Source: Lytechinus pictus
Taxonomy: Eukaryota
DNA length: 60,000 nucleotides
Direction: 5' to 3'
Assembly (NCBI RefSeq): GCF_037042905.1
Contig: NC_087251.1
Span: forward strand, 44,208,001-44,268,000
A model generated the notes under the pieces. It was not told the origin of the DNA, did no database searches, and saw only the letters and a list, made by a program, of their open reading frames with translations. This document shows, one piece after another, positions 26,901-36,531 of the stretch. Position numbers and translations under genes: made by a program. Position 1 is the first letter of the stretch. Each line of letters opens with the position of its first letter.

Positions 26901-27113
26901 AAGGTGCTGTGCATCGATGAAGCAACTGCCAGCGTTGACATGGAAACGGATGATTTACTACAGCAGGCCATCAGGGAGGAGTTTAGTGAGAACACTGTAC
27001 TGACTATAGCTCACCGTGTGAACACACTGAGGGACAGTGATCGTATCTTAGTCATGAATGAAGGAAAGGTGGAACAGTTTGGTAGGGCAGCAGTGACTAC
27101 CCTAGACCAATAA
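5207..27113 (+). CDS. ABCC10: ABC transporter C family member 10 (MRP7), full 18-exon gene model, about 1596 aa
   Basis: All introns are GT-AG with consistent phases; coding exons sum to 4791 nt. N-terminal TMD0, NBD1 ([28 protein letters not shown]) and NBD2 ([27 protein letters not shown]). Motifs such as [35 protein letters not shown] and [11 protein letters not shown] resemble ABCC10. Confidence 0.9.
7244..7369 (+). CDS. ABCC10: ABCC10 coding exon 2
   Basis: [17 protein letters not shown]...[12 protein letters not shown] flanks. Confidence 0.9.
8069..8296 (+). CDS. ABCC10: ABCC10 coding exon 3
   Basis: [18 protein letters not shown]...LTAAK, AG/GT flanks. Confidence 0.92.
9030..9186 (+). 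CDS. ABCC10: ABCC10 coding exon 4
   Basis: [24 protein letters not shown]...[13 protein letters not shown] flanks. Confidence 0.9.
9256..9455. repeat. (GAT)n microsatellite
   Basis: Direct inspection; similar tracts at 1600-1770, 16020-16170, 17860-18016 and 45910-46050. Confidence 0.9.
9615..9877 (+). CDS. ABCC10: ABCC10 coding exon 5 (start of NBD1 with charged insertion)
   Basis: [10 protein letters not shown]...[12 protein letters not shown], phase matches flanking exons. Confidence 0.88.
10327..10578 (+). CDS. ABCC10: ABCC10 coding exon 6 (Walker A, Q-loop)
   Basis: [17 protein letters not shown]...[18 protein letters not shown]. Confidence 0.93.
10884..11174 (-). mobile_element. tRNA-derived SINE
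   Basis: A/B-box head (GGGTTCGAATCCC) plus conserved core ACTCGACCCAGGTGAGGTGAATGGGTACC; several copies in window. Confidence 0.8.
11180..11450 (-). mobile_element. LINE (CR1/L2-like) reverse transcriptase C-terminal remnant
   Basis: [28 protein letters not shown]...TNPLF. Confidence 0.7.
11771..11869 (+). CDS. ABCC10: ABCC10 coding exon 7 (ABC signature)
   Basis: [33 protein letters not shown]. Confidence 0.93.
12569..12758 (+). CDS. ABCC10: ABCC10 coding exon 8 (Walker B, H-loop)
   Basis: [19 protein letters not shown]...RILCTHH. Confidence 0.93.
13469..13720 (+). CDS. ABCC10: ABCC10 coding exon 9
   Basis: [25 protein letters not shown]...LMQ. Confidence 0.9.
14410..14655 (+). repeat. 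Two defective tandem copies of the ABCC10 exon 10 acceptor plus 5' exon part
   Basis: AG|GTTCAAAGAATGTCAGTGATT at 14410, 14507 and 14656. Confidence 0.9.
14656..14815 (+). CDS. ABCC10: ABCC10 coding exon 10 (third, intact copy)
   Basis: [13 protein letters not shown]...; the only copy that stays open to a GTGAGT donor (14816) in the phase required by exon 11. Confidence 0.8.
16189..16372 (+). CDS. ABCC10: ABCC10 coding exon 11 (to first donor)
   Basis: [51 protein letters not shown] at 16373. Confidence 0.85.
16373..16724 (+). repeat. 117-bp tandem repeats of the exon 11 3' end plus donor
   Basis: GTAAGT at 16373, 16490, 16607 and 16719. Confidence 0.92.
16869..17173. mobile_element. Harbinger-like MITE (TTA TSD) inserted in a SINE head
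   Basis: TIR GGCC(T/C)GTATTCTGAA, TTA on both sides, SINE sequence resumes at 17174. Confidence 0.75.
17362..17577 (+). CDS. ABCC10: ABCC10 coding exon 12
   Basis: [21 protein letters not shown]. Confidence 0.93.
18078..18205 (+). CDS. ABCC10: ABCC10 coding exon 13
   Basis: [13 protein letters not shown]...[11 protein letters not shown]. Confidence 0.92.
18457..19286. mobile_element. Harbinger-like MITE containing three serially inserted MITEs
   Basis: Inserts at 18531-18656, 18660-18926 and 18930-19086, separated by CTG. Confidence 0.8.
19407..19576 (+). CDS. ABCC10: ABCC10 coding exon 14
   Basis: [15 protein letters not shown]...[10 protein letters not shown]...TVDPG. Confidence 0.9.
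19894..20054 (+). CDS. ABCC10: ABCC10 coding exon 15
   Basis: [13 protein letters not shown]...[12 protein letters not shown]. Confidence 0.92.
20804..21057 (+). CDS. ABCC10: ABCC10 coding exon 16 (NBD2 Walker A)
   Basis: [13 protein letters not shown]...[13 protein letters not shown]. Confidence 0.93.
21208..23255. repeat. Tandem duplication (21208-22349 and 22350-23255); second copy lacks about 240 bp
   Basis: Near-identical blocks; duplicated ORF-track peptides. Confidence 0.9.
23366..24881 (-). pseudogene. Degenerate Crypton-type tyrosine recombinase (DUF3504-like; KCTD1/QRICH1/ZMYM-related)
   Basis: Joined frames read [10 protein letters not shown]...GLNRHLK...[18 protein letters not shown]...WY...[10 protein letters not shown]...YTNHCVRTT...(frameshift)[12 protein letters not shown]. 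The R...HxxR...H...Y catalytic set is present; several stops and frameshifts. Confidence 0.8.
25273..25516 (+). CDS. ABCC10: ABCC10 coding exon 17
   Basis: [23 protein letters not shown]...[14 protein letters not shown]. Confidence 0.93.
25708..25960 (+). mobile_element. tRNA-derived SINE copy (internally deleted)
   Basis: Homologous to 10884-11174. Confidence 0.7.
26904..27113 (+). CDS. ABCC10: ABCC10 terminal coding exon 18
   Basis: [12 protein letters not shown]...TIAHR, TAA at 27111-27113. Confidence 0.85.
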   Translation: MLCIDEATASVDMETDDLLQQAIREEFSENTVLTIAHRVNTLRDSDRILVMNEGKVEQFGRAAVTTLDQ

Positions 27114-27267
27114 TTTGTTCATTGAGGTTGTCAAGGAACACATCTTTATGTTTGTCTTGATGGATCATACGTTGTTTGTTGATAGGGGCCTCTGCATATG
27201 CAGCTGTGTCTGGATTAGAGTCTTGAATTGAAATTGTTATATTATGCACCTTGTTAAAAGTCAGAGT

Positions 27268-27668
27268 GGTAAATTGCCAATTCGTCTACTGCCAACTTGT
27301 CCACTCACCACATTGTCTACTTTCATTTAGTCTAATGCCATTCCATCCATCGACATGTCGTCTAACAACCATTTGGTCCAATAACCATTTGGTCCAATCA
27401 TCACTTTGTCTAATCACCATTTTGTCTCATAACCAGTTCCATTTCATTTTGCACAATTAAAACTTAATCCAATTAGACCAAATGGTATATGGACTATATG
27501 GCTATTGGACCAACTGGTTATTAGACGAAATGGTGAGTGGACGAATTGGCATTTAGACCATGTGGATAGTGGAGGACCTGATGGTAGACCAAATGATAGT
27601 AGACGAGTTGGTAGTTGGACGAGTTTGCAATTGGACGAATTGGCATTAGACGAATTGGAAATAAAGCA
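27268..27668. mobile_element. Foldback-like MITE made of short repeats, downstream of the ABCC10 stop
   Basis: CCAATTCGTCTA-type motifs on the left, reverse complements TAGACGAATTGG on the right. Confidence 0.55.
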
Positions 27669-27845
27669 TCAAAATTTTGTCTTTCCCGCAGGAATCCCGC
27701 AATCAGATTTTCATTTCCAATCCAAACATTTCATCACAGACGAGATAGGGACTGCAGGAAAGCTGCAATGAAAAGATACATAGTGCCCTTCTAGCAAGGT
27801 TCCTGCTAAAAATATGCAGCACAGACTTTTGACAAGTTGAGTTAA

Positions 27846-28617
27846 CCCTAATTCTCCCGGGGGGGGGGGGGGCATAATGGCCCCCCCTCGACAATTTTTG
27901 CGATATACCTGCTGCGCAAAATTGTTTGACCTCGCCGCTCACTGACTTTTTACTTTCAAGTCTCGCGCAAATTTTGAGACCAAATTTGTGACGCCCGGGT
28001 ACGCGGTTACGACATTACGCAACATTATGTAAGTGCATGTCAGACCCAAAATTGCTCATAAACGTGATTTCATGTACAAATCCAATGCAAATTGTGTATT
28101 TGGCTAAAATTCATAAATGTATCATTATTTCTACTTTTACTGATTAAACTTAATTAATTTTGCCTTATTTATGATCAGAATTAAGTCTGGAACGATTTCC
28201 ATTGAAAAAACAATAAAAAAACAAAAAGTAAAAAAACAAAGAAATACATAAGAAATTAAAAAAACAATAAAATACTTAAGAAATCGGTCTTGGTATCAGA
28301 ATTTTTTTCATTCACAATTGTTAGGAATGCTATAAAGAATATTTTCACCAAAAAATAGCATTCTAGGAGCTTTATTTAGGGAATCAGAGCAAAAAGTATG
28401 ATTTCATGAATAAATTAGCATAATTAATTCATATAATATAAAAATATATGAATTCAGTGAAATTTACCAATGCAACTGCGTAGATTACGTCATTATCTAC
28501 CATCATGCAAATTTTTGTTGTGATTGCGCAATCCACGGCTGAGATCTTAAGGGGGGGCCATAATGGCCCCCCCCCCCCCGGAATGACAAGAATCAAAATA
28601 CCCCGGGAGATTGAGGG
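27846..28617. mobile_element. piggyBac-like MITE
   Basis: TTAA|CCCT...AGGG|TTAA; subterminal GGGGCATAATGGCCCC palindromes. Confidence 0.8.
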
Positions 28618-29740
28618 TTAAAGGGCAAGTCCACCCCCAACAATTCGTGGAATTGAATGAATCAAGAAAAATAAAACAAGCATAATGCTGACACTGTAAA
28701 AAATTATGACATTCGCATGTTGCACAAATAGTTACATGTACAACATAGTGATATGAAAATGAGAGAAGTCTATGGTGTCTTTCACACACTATTTCTTTTG
28801 TATTTTATTGTATGAATTATACGATATTGCAATGGTTGCAGATTTGGCATTAAGGCTGAAAATGATAAGATTTGAACAGATCAGACAAACACTGAAAATT
28901 TGATCAAAATCGGACAAAGAATAACAAATTATATATTACATTTATAAGGATTTGCATTAATTAAGTGAAACATAGGCATGTCTTCACGTCTTTTCATCCA
29001 AATCTACATTTAATAGGGGTGGACTTTCCATTTGAAATAGTGATTTATACCTATTTATTAAAATGATGAGGTTTGAATTAGGCTTATCCAGCTGGTCATT
29101 TCCCCCATATTCTATTATATTAGTGCTACTTAACCCTATTAGTGATCAAGAAATTATGTTGTACTTAATAGTCATTAAACTATAAGATTAAATCTACTTA
29201 AAATCAAATGCTCAACAAAATCTTTTGAATAGTAGGCACAAAGTCATATGCTTGAAGGATCTGCATTCTAAATAAAGGGACTTTTGAAAGCATACAATTT
29301 AAAACAATACTCATTCGTGATCATTATGAAACATATTTTCCGTTGATTTTATTAACTTCAACAGATCTGCTATCACACATCTACAAAATGGAGAGAATTC
29401 CATATCATTGAAATTGAACTAGTCTAACACTTTTCATTGACTTTCTTTGAATCATATTGGATAGATTTATAGTAGTTTACTCCCAAAATTTTTATCTGGA
29501 TTTATAATCATATATTTGAGAAGAGCATATTTTATTTTTTGAGCCTCATAGATATAAATGGTTCTTGTTCTGAAAAGAGCTTATTCAAATCCATATTTTT
29601 TTTGTTAGTTTTCCTTATGGGGATGTGTGCAGCCTCATGATATCTATTACATTATATTATGTGTGCTGTGAAGCTATATAATCTCAATTTGTAGAATATT
29701 CACTTGTTAGAACATGGCTGTACTGATGAGATAAGAACAT

Positions 29741-30007
29741 AAATAATAATAATGATAATTAATATACACGTTTATATAATGCCTAATACCTCTTAATCAG
29801 CGCTCTACAATAATGCAGGACTATCATCCTGGCATTAGCCAAGCTACTCAAATGTTTCAAAGGATTAAATTGCTGCCAAGTACCCATATTCCTCACCTGG
29901 GTTGAGTGAAGCACAATTTGGATCAATTTAAGCCACAGCTGGGATTCAAGCCCACGGCCCTCTGTTTCAAAGTCCTGAGACTAATCCACTGGGCCAAAAC
30001 GCTCCAC
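29741..30007 (-). mobile_element. tRNA-derived SINE copy
   Basis: Homologous to 10884-11174 with (AAT)n tail. Confidence 0.7.
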
Positions 30008-30715
30008 AAAACTTGTAATATAATTGTCAAGAATGGTTCAAATTTATTATGGTTCTTAAAAGTAATTCATTTTAAAGCATTTAATCCCTTCTTTTAACAT
30101 TCCAATATTGCAATACCTATTCTATATTGATCTCATATCAGAATGCTTATATTTGAAACTAAGAATACATACTTTCTAGATACCATAAGGTCACATAACA
30201 TCATTTCATAGAAAGTGTTTCATCCCTTGCAATGCATGTTATTTCATATTTCACCAAAATTTGAAATATGATTTTGCTGTTCTATGCTATTTTTTATGTA
30301 TCTTCCAAGAGTTTGGGCTATAGAGAACCAGCCCTACTCTGTATGTAAACATGAATACCAATATGGAGCAAATAATGTTGTTCCACTGTTATTCTACAAG
30401 TAGCAGGGTTATTTGTCTATATTAGTTGCAATAATCTAGTGTTTTATCTCTATTAGCATTGATGTATTATTCTATTTTCATGCAATAGTTGACAGAAAAG
30501 ACATGGAGAGTAACATCAGTTGGGTGTAGTGTTAATATCTCAGGGTTTAGAACAAAAGATATTACTTTTGAATACATTGAATAGAATTGTAATTTGAAGT
30601 TATGATATTATACATTATCATGTATGTATTGACCTAATACTTCATCTTAGTGAAAATAGATTAGCTTTTATTTTTTTAACAAAGATTTTGCCTTATGTCC
30701 GCTGAATGCTATCTA

Positions 30716-32476
30716 CAGTGCGTCCCAAAAAAAACTATACACTTTTGAAATGGCTGCCAAATAAAAAATATATCACTTTGGGGGAAAACACTTACATACA
30801 TGGAAGCCAATAAAGTCAACTTTCAAATGACACCAAAAAGTTGGAAAACTGTTCATGCTTGAGCGAGCACTGCCCACTAAAACAAAGGGTATGAAAATTA
30901 GGGTGGGCAGGAATTAGCCTTCCAATTTCTTTCAGTTTTTGAGATGCGAGTCCCTTGGAACTTGCAAAGTTGAGGATGTTTTGATAAATCAATGATCAAG
31001 CATTATCAATTTAGGTTTTTAGAGCAAATTTTAAGAATTATTAAATTGAAATTTAATGTATGAGTGAACATGAAATACAATTTTTCACTTTTTAAGTGGA
31101 TCTCAGCAATGTGTTCATGGAAGTCAGAATAGGGATAGGACTTAGGTGGGGGAAGTAGGTTGACGGGATATGGGTCAACAGAACACTTAACCCCCCCCCT
31201 CTCTCTCTCTCTCTACCCCTTTCACCCCTCCTGAGAGACTAGCCTTTGCTAGGGTGAGCAGGAATTAGCCTTAATTCCTTTTTTTTTTTTTAGGTGAGTC
31301 CTTTGGAACTTGCAAAGTTAAGGGTGTTATGCTAAATTACTGATAAATGGAGATCCGTTTTGGTTTCTTAAGCAAATTTCACGAGTTACTAAATTGAAAT
31401 GTAATGCATGAGTAAACAGGAATTGTAATTTTAGTGTAGCATTTTTCGTTTATTATGTGGATCTTAGCAAGTGTGCTTGTGAGAGTCAGAGTAATGTGAT
31501 GGTACCTGTTACATGCAAGGGGATGAGATAGGGTAAGACTGGGTTAAAGGGGCATTCTTCTTTGTGTTCTCTTACAAATTACATGTCATGTACTCACCCC
31601 GCCCTCCACCCCTTTCTTTCTCTTGGTTGGTATTTAAAACTTAAAATGCCAAGTGACTGATGGTTGATGGGTCTTTCTTTTCCATCGAATGATTTATTAA
31701 GAACTTGACTAATTATGATAATTTATGAAATCATTTATTGAAAAAGCTGAATGTTTGATTGATAATTTATTGAAAAAGGTGAATATTTGATTGATGACAT
31801 TGATTGAGTTTATTTACTAACAGATTGTTGATTGAATGATTGATAGATAAAAGTTGATGATCTAATTTTCAGAATTTATTATCAAATTGACAGTCCGCTT
31901 TGCACTTAATGCGTACATGTAATAGCAATCAGTCTCAATCTCAACAGGAGGGGGGAGGGACGGACCTGTAGGAGGGAGGCTAAACGTTCTGTTGACCCTT
32001 TTCCCATCAGCTTACTTCACACACTGAAGTCATTTCTTACCCCTATTCTCCTGACTCCAATGAACACACTGCTGAGACCCACATTGTAAGTTAAAATGCT
32101 TCACTAAAGATTGCAATTCATGCTCACTCATGCATGGAATTTCAATTTGATAATTCATGAAATTTGCTCTAACAATTTAAATTGATAATGAATGACCATC
32201 AATTCATCAGAACACCCTCAAGTTTGCAAGTTCCAAGGGACTCGCCTCTCAAAAACTGAAAGAAACCGAAAGGCTAATTCCTGCCCACCCTAATTTTCAT
32301 ACCCTTTGTTTAAGTGGGTAGTGCTCACTCAAGCATGAATAGTTTTCCAACATTTTGGTGTCATTTAAAAGATGACTTTATCGGCTTTCCATATGTATAG
32401 GTCTTTCCCCCCAAAGTGATATACTTTTTATTTGGCAGCCATTTCAAAAGTGTATAGTTTTTTTTGGGACGCACTG
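30716..32476. mobile_element. Non-autonomous Tc1/mariner-like element with TIRs over 400 bp
   Basis: TA|CAGTGCGTCCCAAAA...TTTTGGGACGCACTG|TA; no transposase ORF. Confidence 0.85.
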
Positions 32477-33617
32477 TATATACAAAAATCTATATAAGAT
32501 ATGAATGTGCCTTCTCTATGTTATGCATTACATCTTCTGTGTATTTAGTGTCCATACTTATCAAGTTTTTGTACCAGTACTCGTATTACTGGAACAGTTG
32601 CTAAACTGAGTTTTAAAGAAATATTTAGTCAATATGAAGCTCAAGTTGAGGAAACAGATCGTCATGGAACCTGCATAAGATGAGGTATGAAGACTAAATG
32701 AAAGGAATGTCAAAAACTCTCAGTTTGATTGTTACAAAACACAGACATCTTTTTTTTACACTCTGCTTTCTTCCTCCCCCCCCCCCCTCCTTCTTTTCCT
32801 TTATTTTTCAATCAGCCTTGAATTTATATTTCATAAATAACTGGGTGCTGCAATCCCTAAAATGGTTGGTTTAGTTTAAGATATGATTTTTCAGAAAGTG
32901 ATTCATTTGGATGAAATACAGGTGTATTACCCCCCCCCCCCATTAAGGTGCAAGCTTATTATTTTCATTGTTTTGTTTAAAGTTTGTAGTTTGTGTGTTG
33001 GTTATCTTGGTGTTTCAAATATAATGTATATTATTATTTATCAGTAATGTTGAATGTGAAAGAAAAAGTGCAATGAATATATTTGAAAAAAAAAACTCTA
33101 ATCAATGTAATATGACTGACAGTGTATTTGTAATTCTAGTGGCTGTTTGCTAGCTGAAAAAGAAGAAATAAAGGATGTGTCAATGTCTAAGAGGATAATG
33201 AGAGAACATTTAGTATTAAATATGATTGGGAATGAATATTAGAGTGAGACTGAGATATCAAGGGAAAGAGAGAAGCACAGGGAAGGGGAGGAGAGAGGGG
33301 ATTGATGGACAAGGAAAGGGGATCGAGGACAAGCAGAGAGAGAAAGACGGAGGGGCATAGGGGGCAATAATTCATGAGATTTTTGGTCAGGGGAGGGGGA
33401 TGGGACTAGAGGGCCCTCTCCTATAGGCTGCTGTATCATCCTGTATGAAATTTGAAAATTGAGTGGGGGATGTCCCCCCCCCCCCCCCCATTGTCCCCTC
33501 CCCCAATCTCTCGCCAGGATACACTGCCAATGGTTTAGAATTATGGCTGTAACTGCTATAGATGAAGAGGGTCCCCTAAATAAAAGAATAAATAGTTGAA
33601 TTAAAAAACAATAGAAG

Positions 33618-35408
33618 CCCAGGACCAAAATCCAGTTAAAACCAATTAGGGCAAAACCAATTGAAACCAGTTGGCCAACTGGTTTCAATAGGGAAATTGG
33701 AACAACTGGTTCCAATTGAAAACCAGTTGCCAATTGGTTCCAGTTAAAAACCAATTGAAAACCAGTTGCCAATTGGTTCCAGTTAAAACCAATTGGGCAA
33801 CTGGAACCAGTTGGCAATTGTTGTCAATTGGTTCCAGTTGTTCCAATTTCCCTATTAAAACCAATTGAATCCAATTGGAGGCAACTGGTTTCAATTGGTT
33901 CCAGTTGAAACCAATTGGAGGCAACTGGTTTCAACTGGAACCAGTTGAAACCAATTGGTTTCCAACTGGATCCAATTGGAACTTCCAGTTGGAACGAACT
34001 TAATTAGTTACAAATTAATTAGCATTTGCAGTAACTATTTCTCATGCCAACACAGAAGCAGTGTTATACGTCTATTAATACCAATGTAAAGGGCATTGAT
34101 AAAATACAGACTTTCATGTATTTATATATTTATATGGAAGATCTTCAAATATATGTACTTTTATTTGATGTAATTTGGTAACAGTTAGTGGTGTACTAAT
34201 TATCCTTTAATCTGTTTTAATTATAATCTATAACATTTATGAACATGGTTTTCACTGCTAAGTATTCTAAATACTAATCTTTAAAAAGTGTGGTACTTGA
34301 AATTGTAAAGAATTAAATAGATACATTGTTAATGATGATTAATCTCATAAAACATTAATCTGTGCACACTGGCAAATAATATGCAAATTAACTGGTTTCA
34401 ATTGGATCCAGTTGGGTAACTGGAAAATTTCCAATTGGAAACCAATTGGAAATAATTTCCAGTTACCCAACTGGTTCCAATTAGAATTCATTTCCAGTTA
34501 CCCATCTTTCCAGTTAGAAGTCATCTCAGTTACCCAATTGGTACCAGTTAGGATTTCCAGTTACACAACTGAATGGTTCAAGTTAGGATTTCCAGTTACC
34601 CAACTGGTTCCAGTTAGAAATCATTTCCAGTTGGAAGTCATTTCCAGTTACCCAACTGGTTCCAGTTAGGATTTCCAGTTGCCCAACTGGTTCCAGTTAG
34701 AAATCATTTCCAATTGGAAGTCATTTCCAGTTACCCAACTGGTTCCAGTTAGGATTTCCAGTTGCCCAACTGGTTCCAGTTGGGATTTCCAGTTACTCAA
34801 CTGGTTCCAGTAAGAAATCATTTCCAATTGGAAGTCATTTCCAGTTACCCAACTGGTTCCAGTTAGGATTTCCAGTTGCCCAACTGGTTCCAGTTGGGAT
34901 TTCCAGTTACTCAACTGGTTCCAGTTAGAAATCATTTCCAGTTGGAAGTCATTTCCAGTTACCCAACTGGTTCCAGTTAGAAATCATTTCCAATTGGAAG
35001 TCATTTCCAGTTACCCAACTGGTTCCAGTTAGGATTTCCAGTTGCCCAACTGGTTCCAGTTGGGATTTCCAGTTACTCAACTGGTTCCAGTAAGAAATCA
35101 TTACCAATTGGAAGTCATTTCCAGTTACCCAACTGGTTCCAGTTAGGATTTCCAGTTGCCCAACTGGTTCCAGTTGGGATTTCCAGTTACTCAACTGGTT
35201 CCAGTTAGAAATCATTCCCAATTGGAGGTCATTTCCAGTTACCCAACTGGTTCCAGTTAGGATTTCCAGTTGCCCAACTGGTTTCAATTGGTTTCAACTG
35301 GAAATTGTTAAATTCCAGTTAAAACCAATTGAAACCAGTTGAAACCAATTGAAACCAATTGAAACCAGTTGGAAATCCAACTGGTTTCAATTGGATTTTG
35401 GTCCTGGG
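33618..35408. mobile_element. Non-autonomous foldback element, CMC/EnSpm-like, with repeat-array arms
   Basis: TIR CCCAGGACCAAAATCCA, 2-bp TSD AG, arrays of AACCAATTGG / CAACTGGTTCCAGTT. Confidence 0.8.
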
Positions 35409-35482
35409 AGGGCTTAATGTAGAGGAATTTAGGAGGATTGTGGGGGCGGGGGCTGGCCGGGAAATGGGTAAATTGAAATTAA

Positions 35483-36067
35483 AGGAGAATGAAACTCTTG
35501 GAGCAAGTTAGCTTTTGTGAAAGCAGAAAAATCAAAGAATAAGATCAACAAAAGTTTGAGTAAAATAGGACTAGCAATAGAAGAGTTATGAGCATTTGAA
35601 TGTCGAGATCACTAATGCTATGGAGATTCTCCCATTGGCAATGCGACCAAGATCTATGATGTCACAGATGAACAACTCTCCCCTTTTGGACACTGAAAAT
35701 ATACCCCAAACATCTCTTTTTGCTCATTCTAATCATATGACAAACGATTCATCAATGATATAATGTTGTGAAACCTATGCACTTGTCCTCTCATATAAAG
35801 AGAACACCTTACCTTGTGATAGACTCTATAAAAGTGAGAATATAAGTGAAATAAGTACTAAAGTAATGAGGGAGTTGTACGTGTGTGACATCACAGATCT
35901 TGGTCACATTGCCAATAGGAAGATCTACATGGCATTAGTGATCTCAATATTCAAATGCTCATAACTTTCTTATTATTCATTCAATCTTCCTCAAACTTTC
36001 AACAATATGTTTCTTAGATTTTTCTCTTTGATATGGATTCAGCTGGTTTCAAGGGTTTCATTCTCCT
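35483..36067. mobile_element. Kolobok-like MITE with long TIRs, just upstream of C1D
   Basis: TTAA|AGGAGAATGAAAC...GTTTCATTCTCCT|TTAA. Confidence 0.75.
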
Positions 36068-36179
36068 TTAAATGTGAGCAAAGAATTCTTGAGGTGAGGA
36101 GTACCGAAAAAGGAATGTAAATTAAACATAAGATATGGCATACTTAAATGAACAATATAAGTTTATAAAAAAAAGTGAA

Positions 36180-36414
36180 AAAGTCGCCAGCGCGAGAGTT
36201 AGCTCATGTTTCTCATACTAGCTTTCTGATTTTAGGCCGCGTCGTCGCCGCCGCGCGCGCTGGGGTACGATCGGGTACGATGCTAGCTGGCTCAGCTCAC
36301 GCTCGCGCTCCGGTGCGTACGGTATAGGTAGGTACGGTCAGAGTTCGTGCATGCGTGTCGTCAGGAACTACTTTCTGCTGTTGTGAATTGATAAATTTCA
36401 TTATCTAGAAAGTC
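36180..36414 (+). promoter_or_regulatory. CpG-rich putative C1D promoter / 5' UTR
   Basis: Local CpG-rich stretch (GCGCGCGC, GCATGCG) directly upstream of the ATG. Confidence 0.55.
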
Positions 36415-36531
36415 ATGGCAGTTCCAAAAGAGATAGCACAGAATTTAGACGATTTCAAGGCAGCACTAAATGAAGTAGAAGATGTATTCAAACCTATAAA
36501 TTCAGTCAGCTTAGCCGATATCAATGGAAAG
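36415..36531 (+). CDS. C1D: C1D exon 1
   Basis: GTCATGG start context just after a CpG-rich stretch; donor GTAATG at 36532. Confidence 0.85.

Noticed and set aside
33618..35408. CRISPR-like regular repeats and ORFs 33239-35287
   Set aside because: No unique spacers and no cas genes in a eukaryotic context; the ORFs are translations of repeat arrays inside a TIR element
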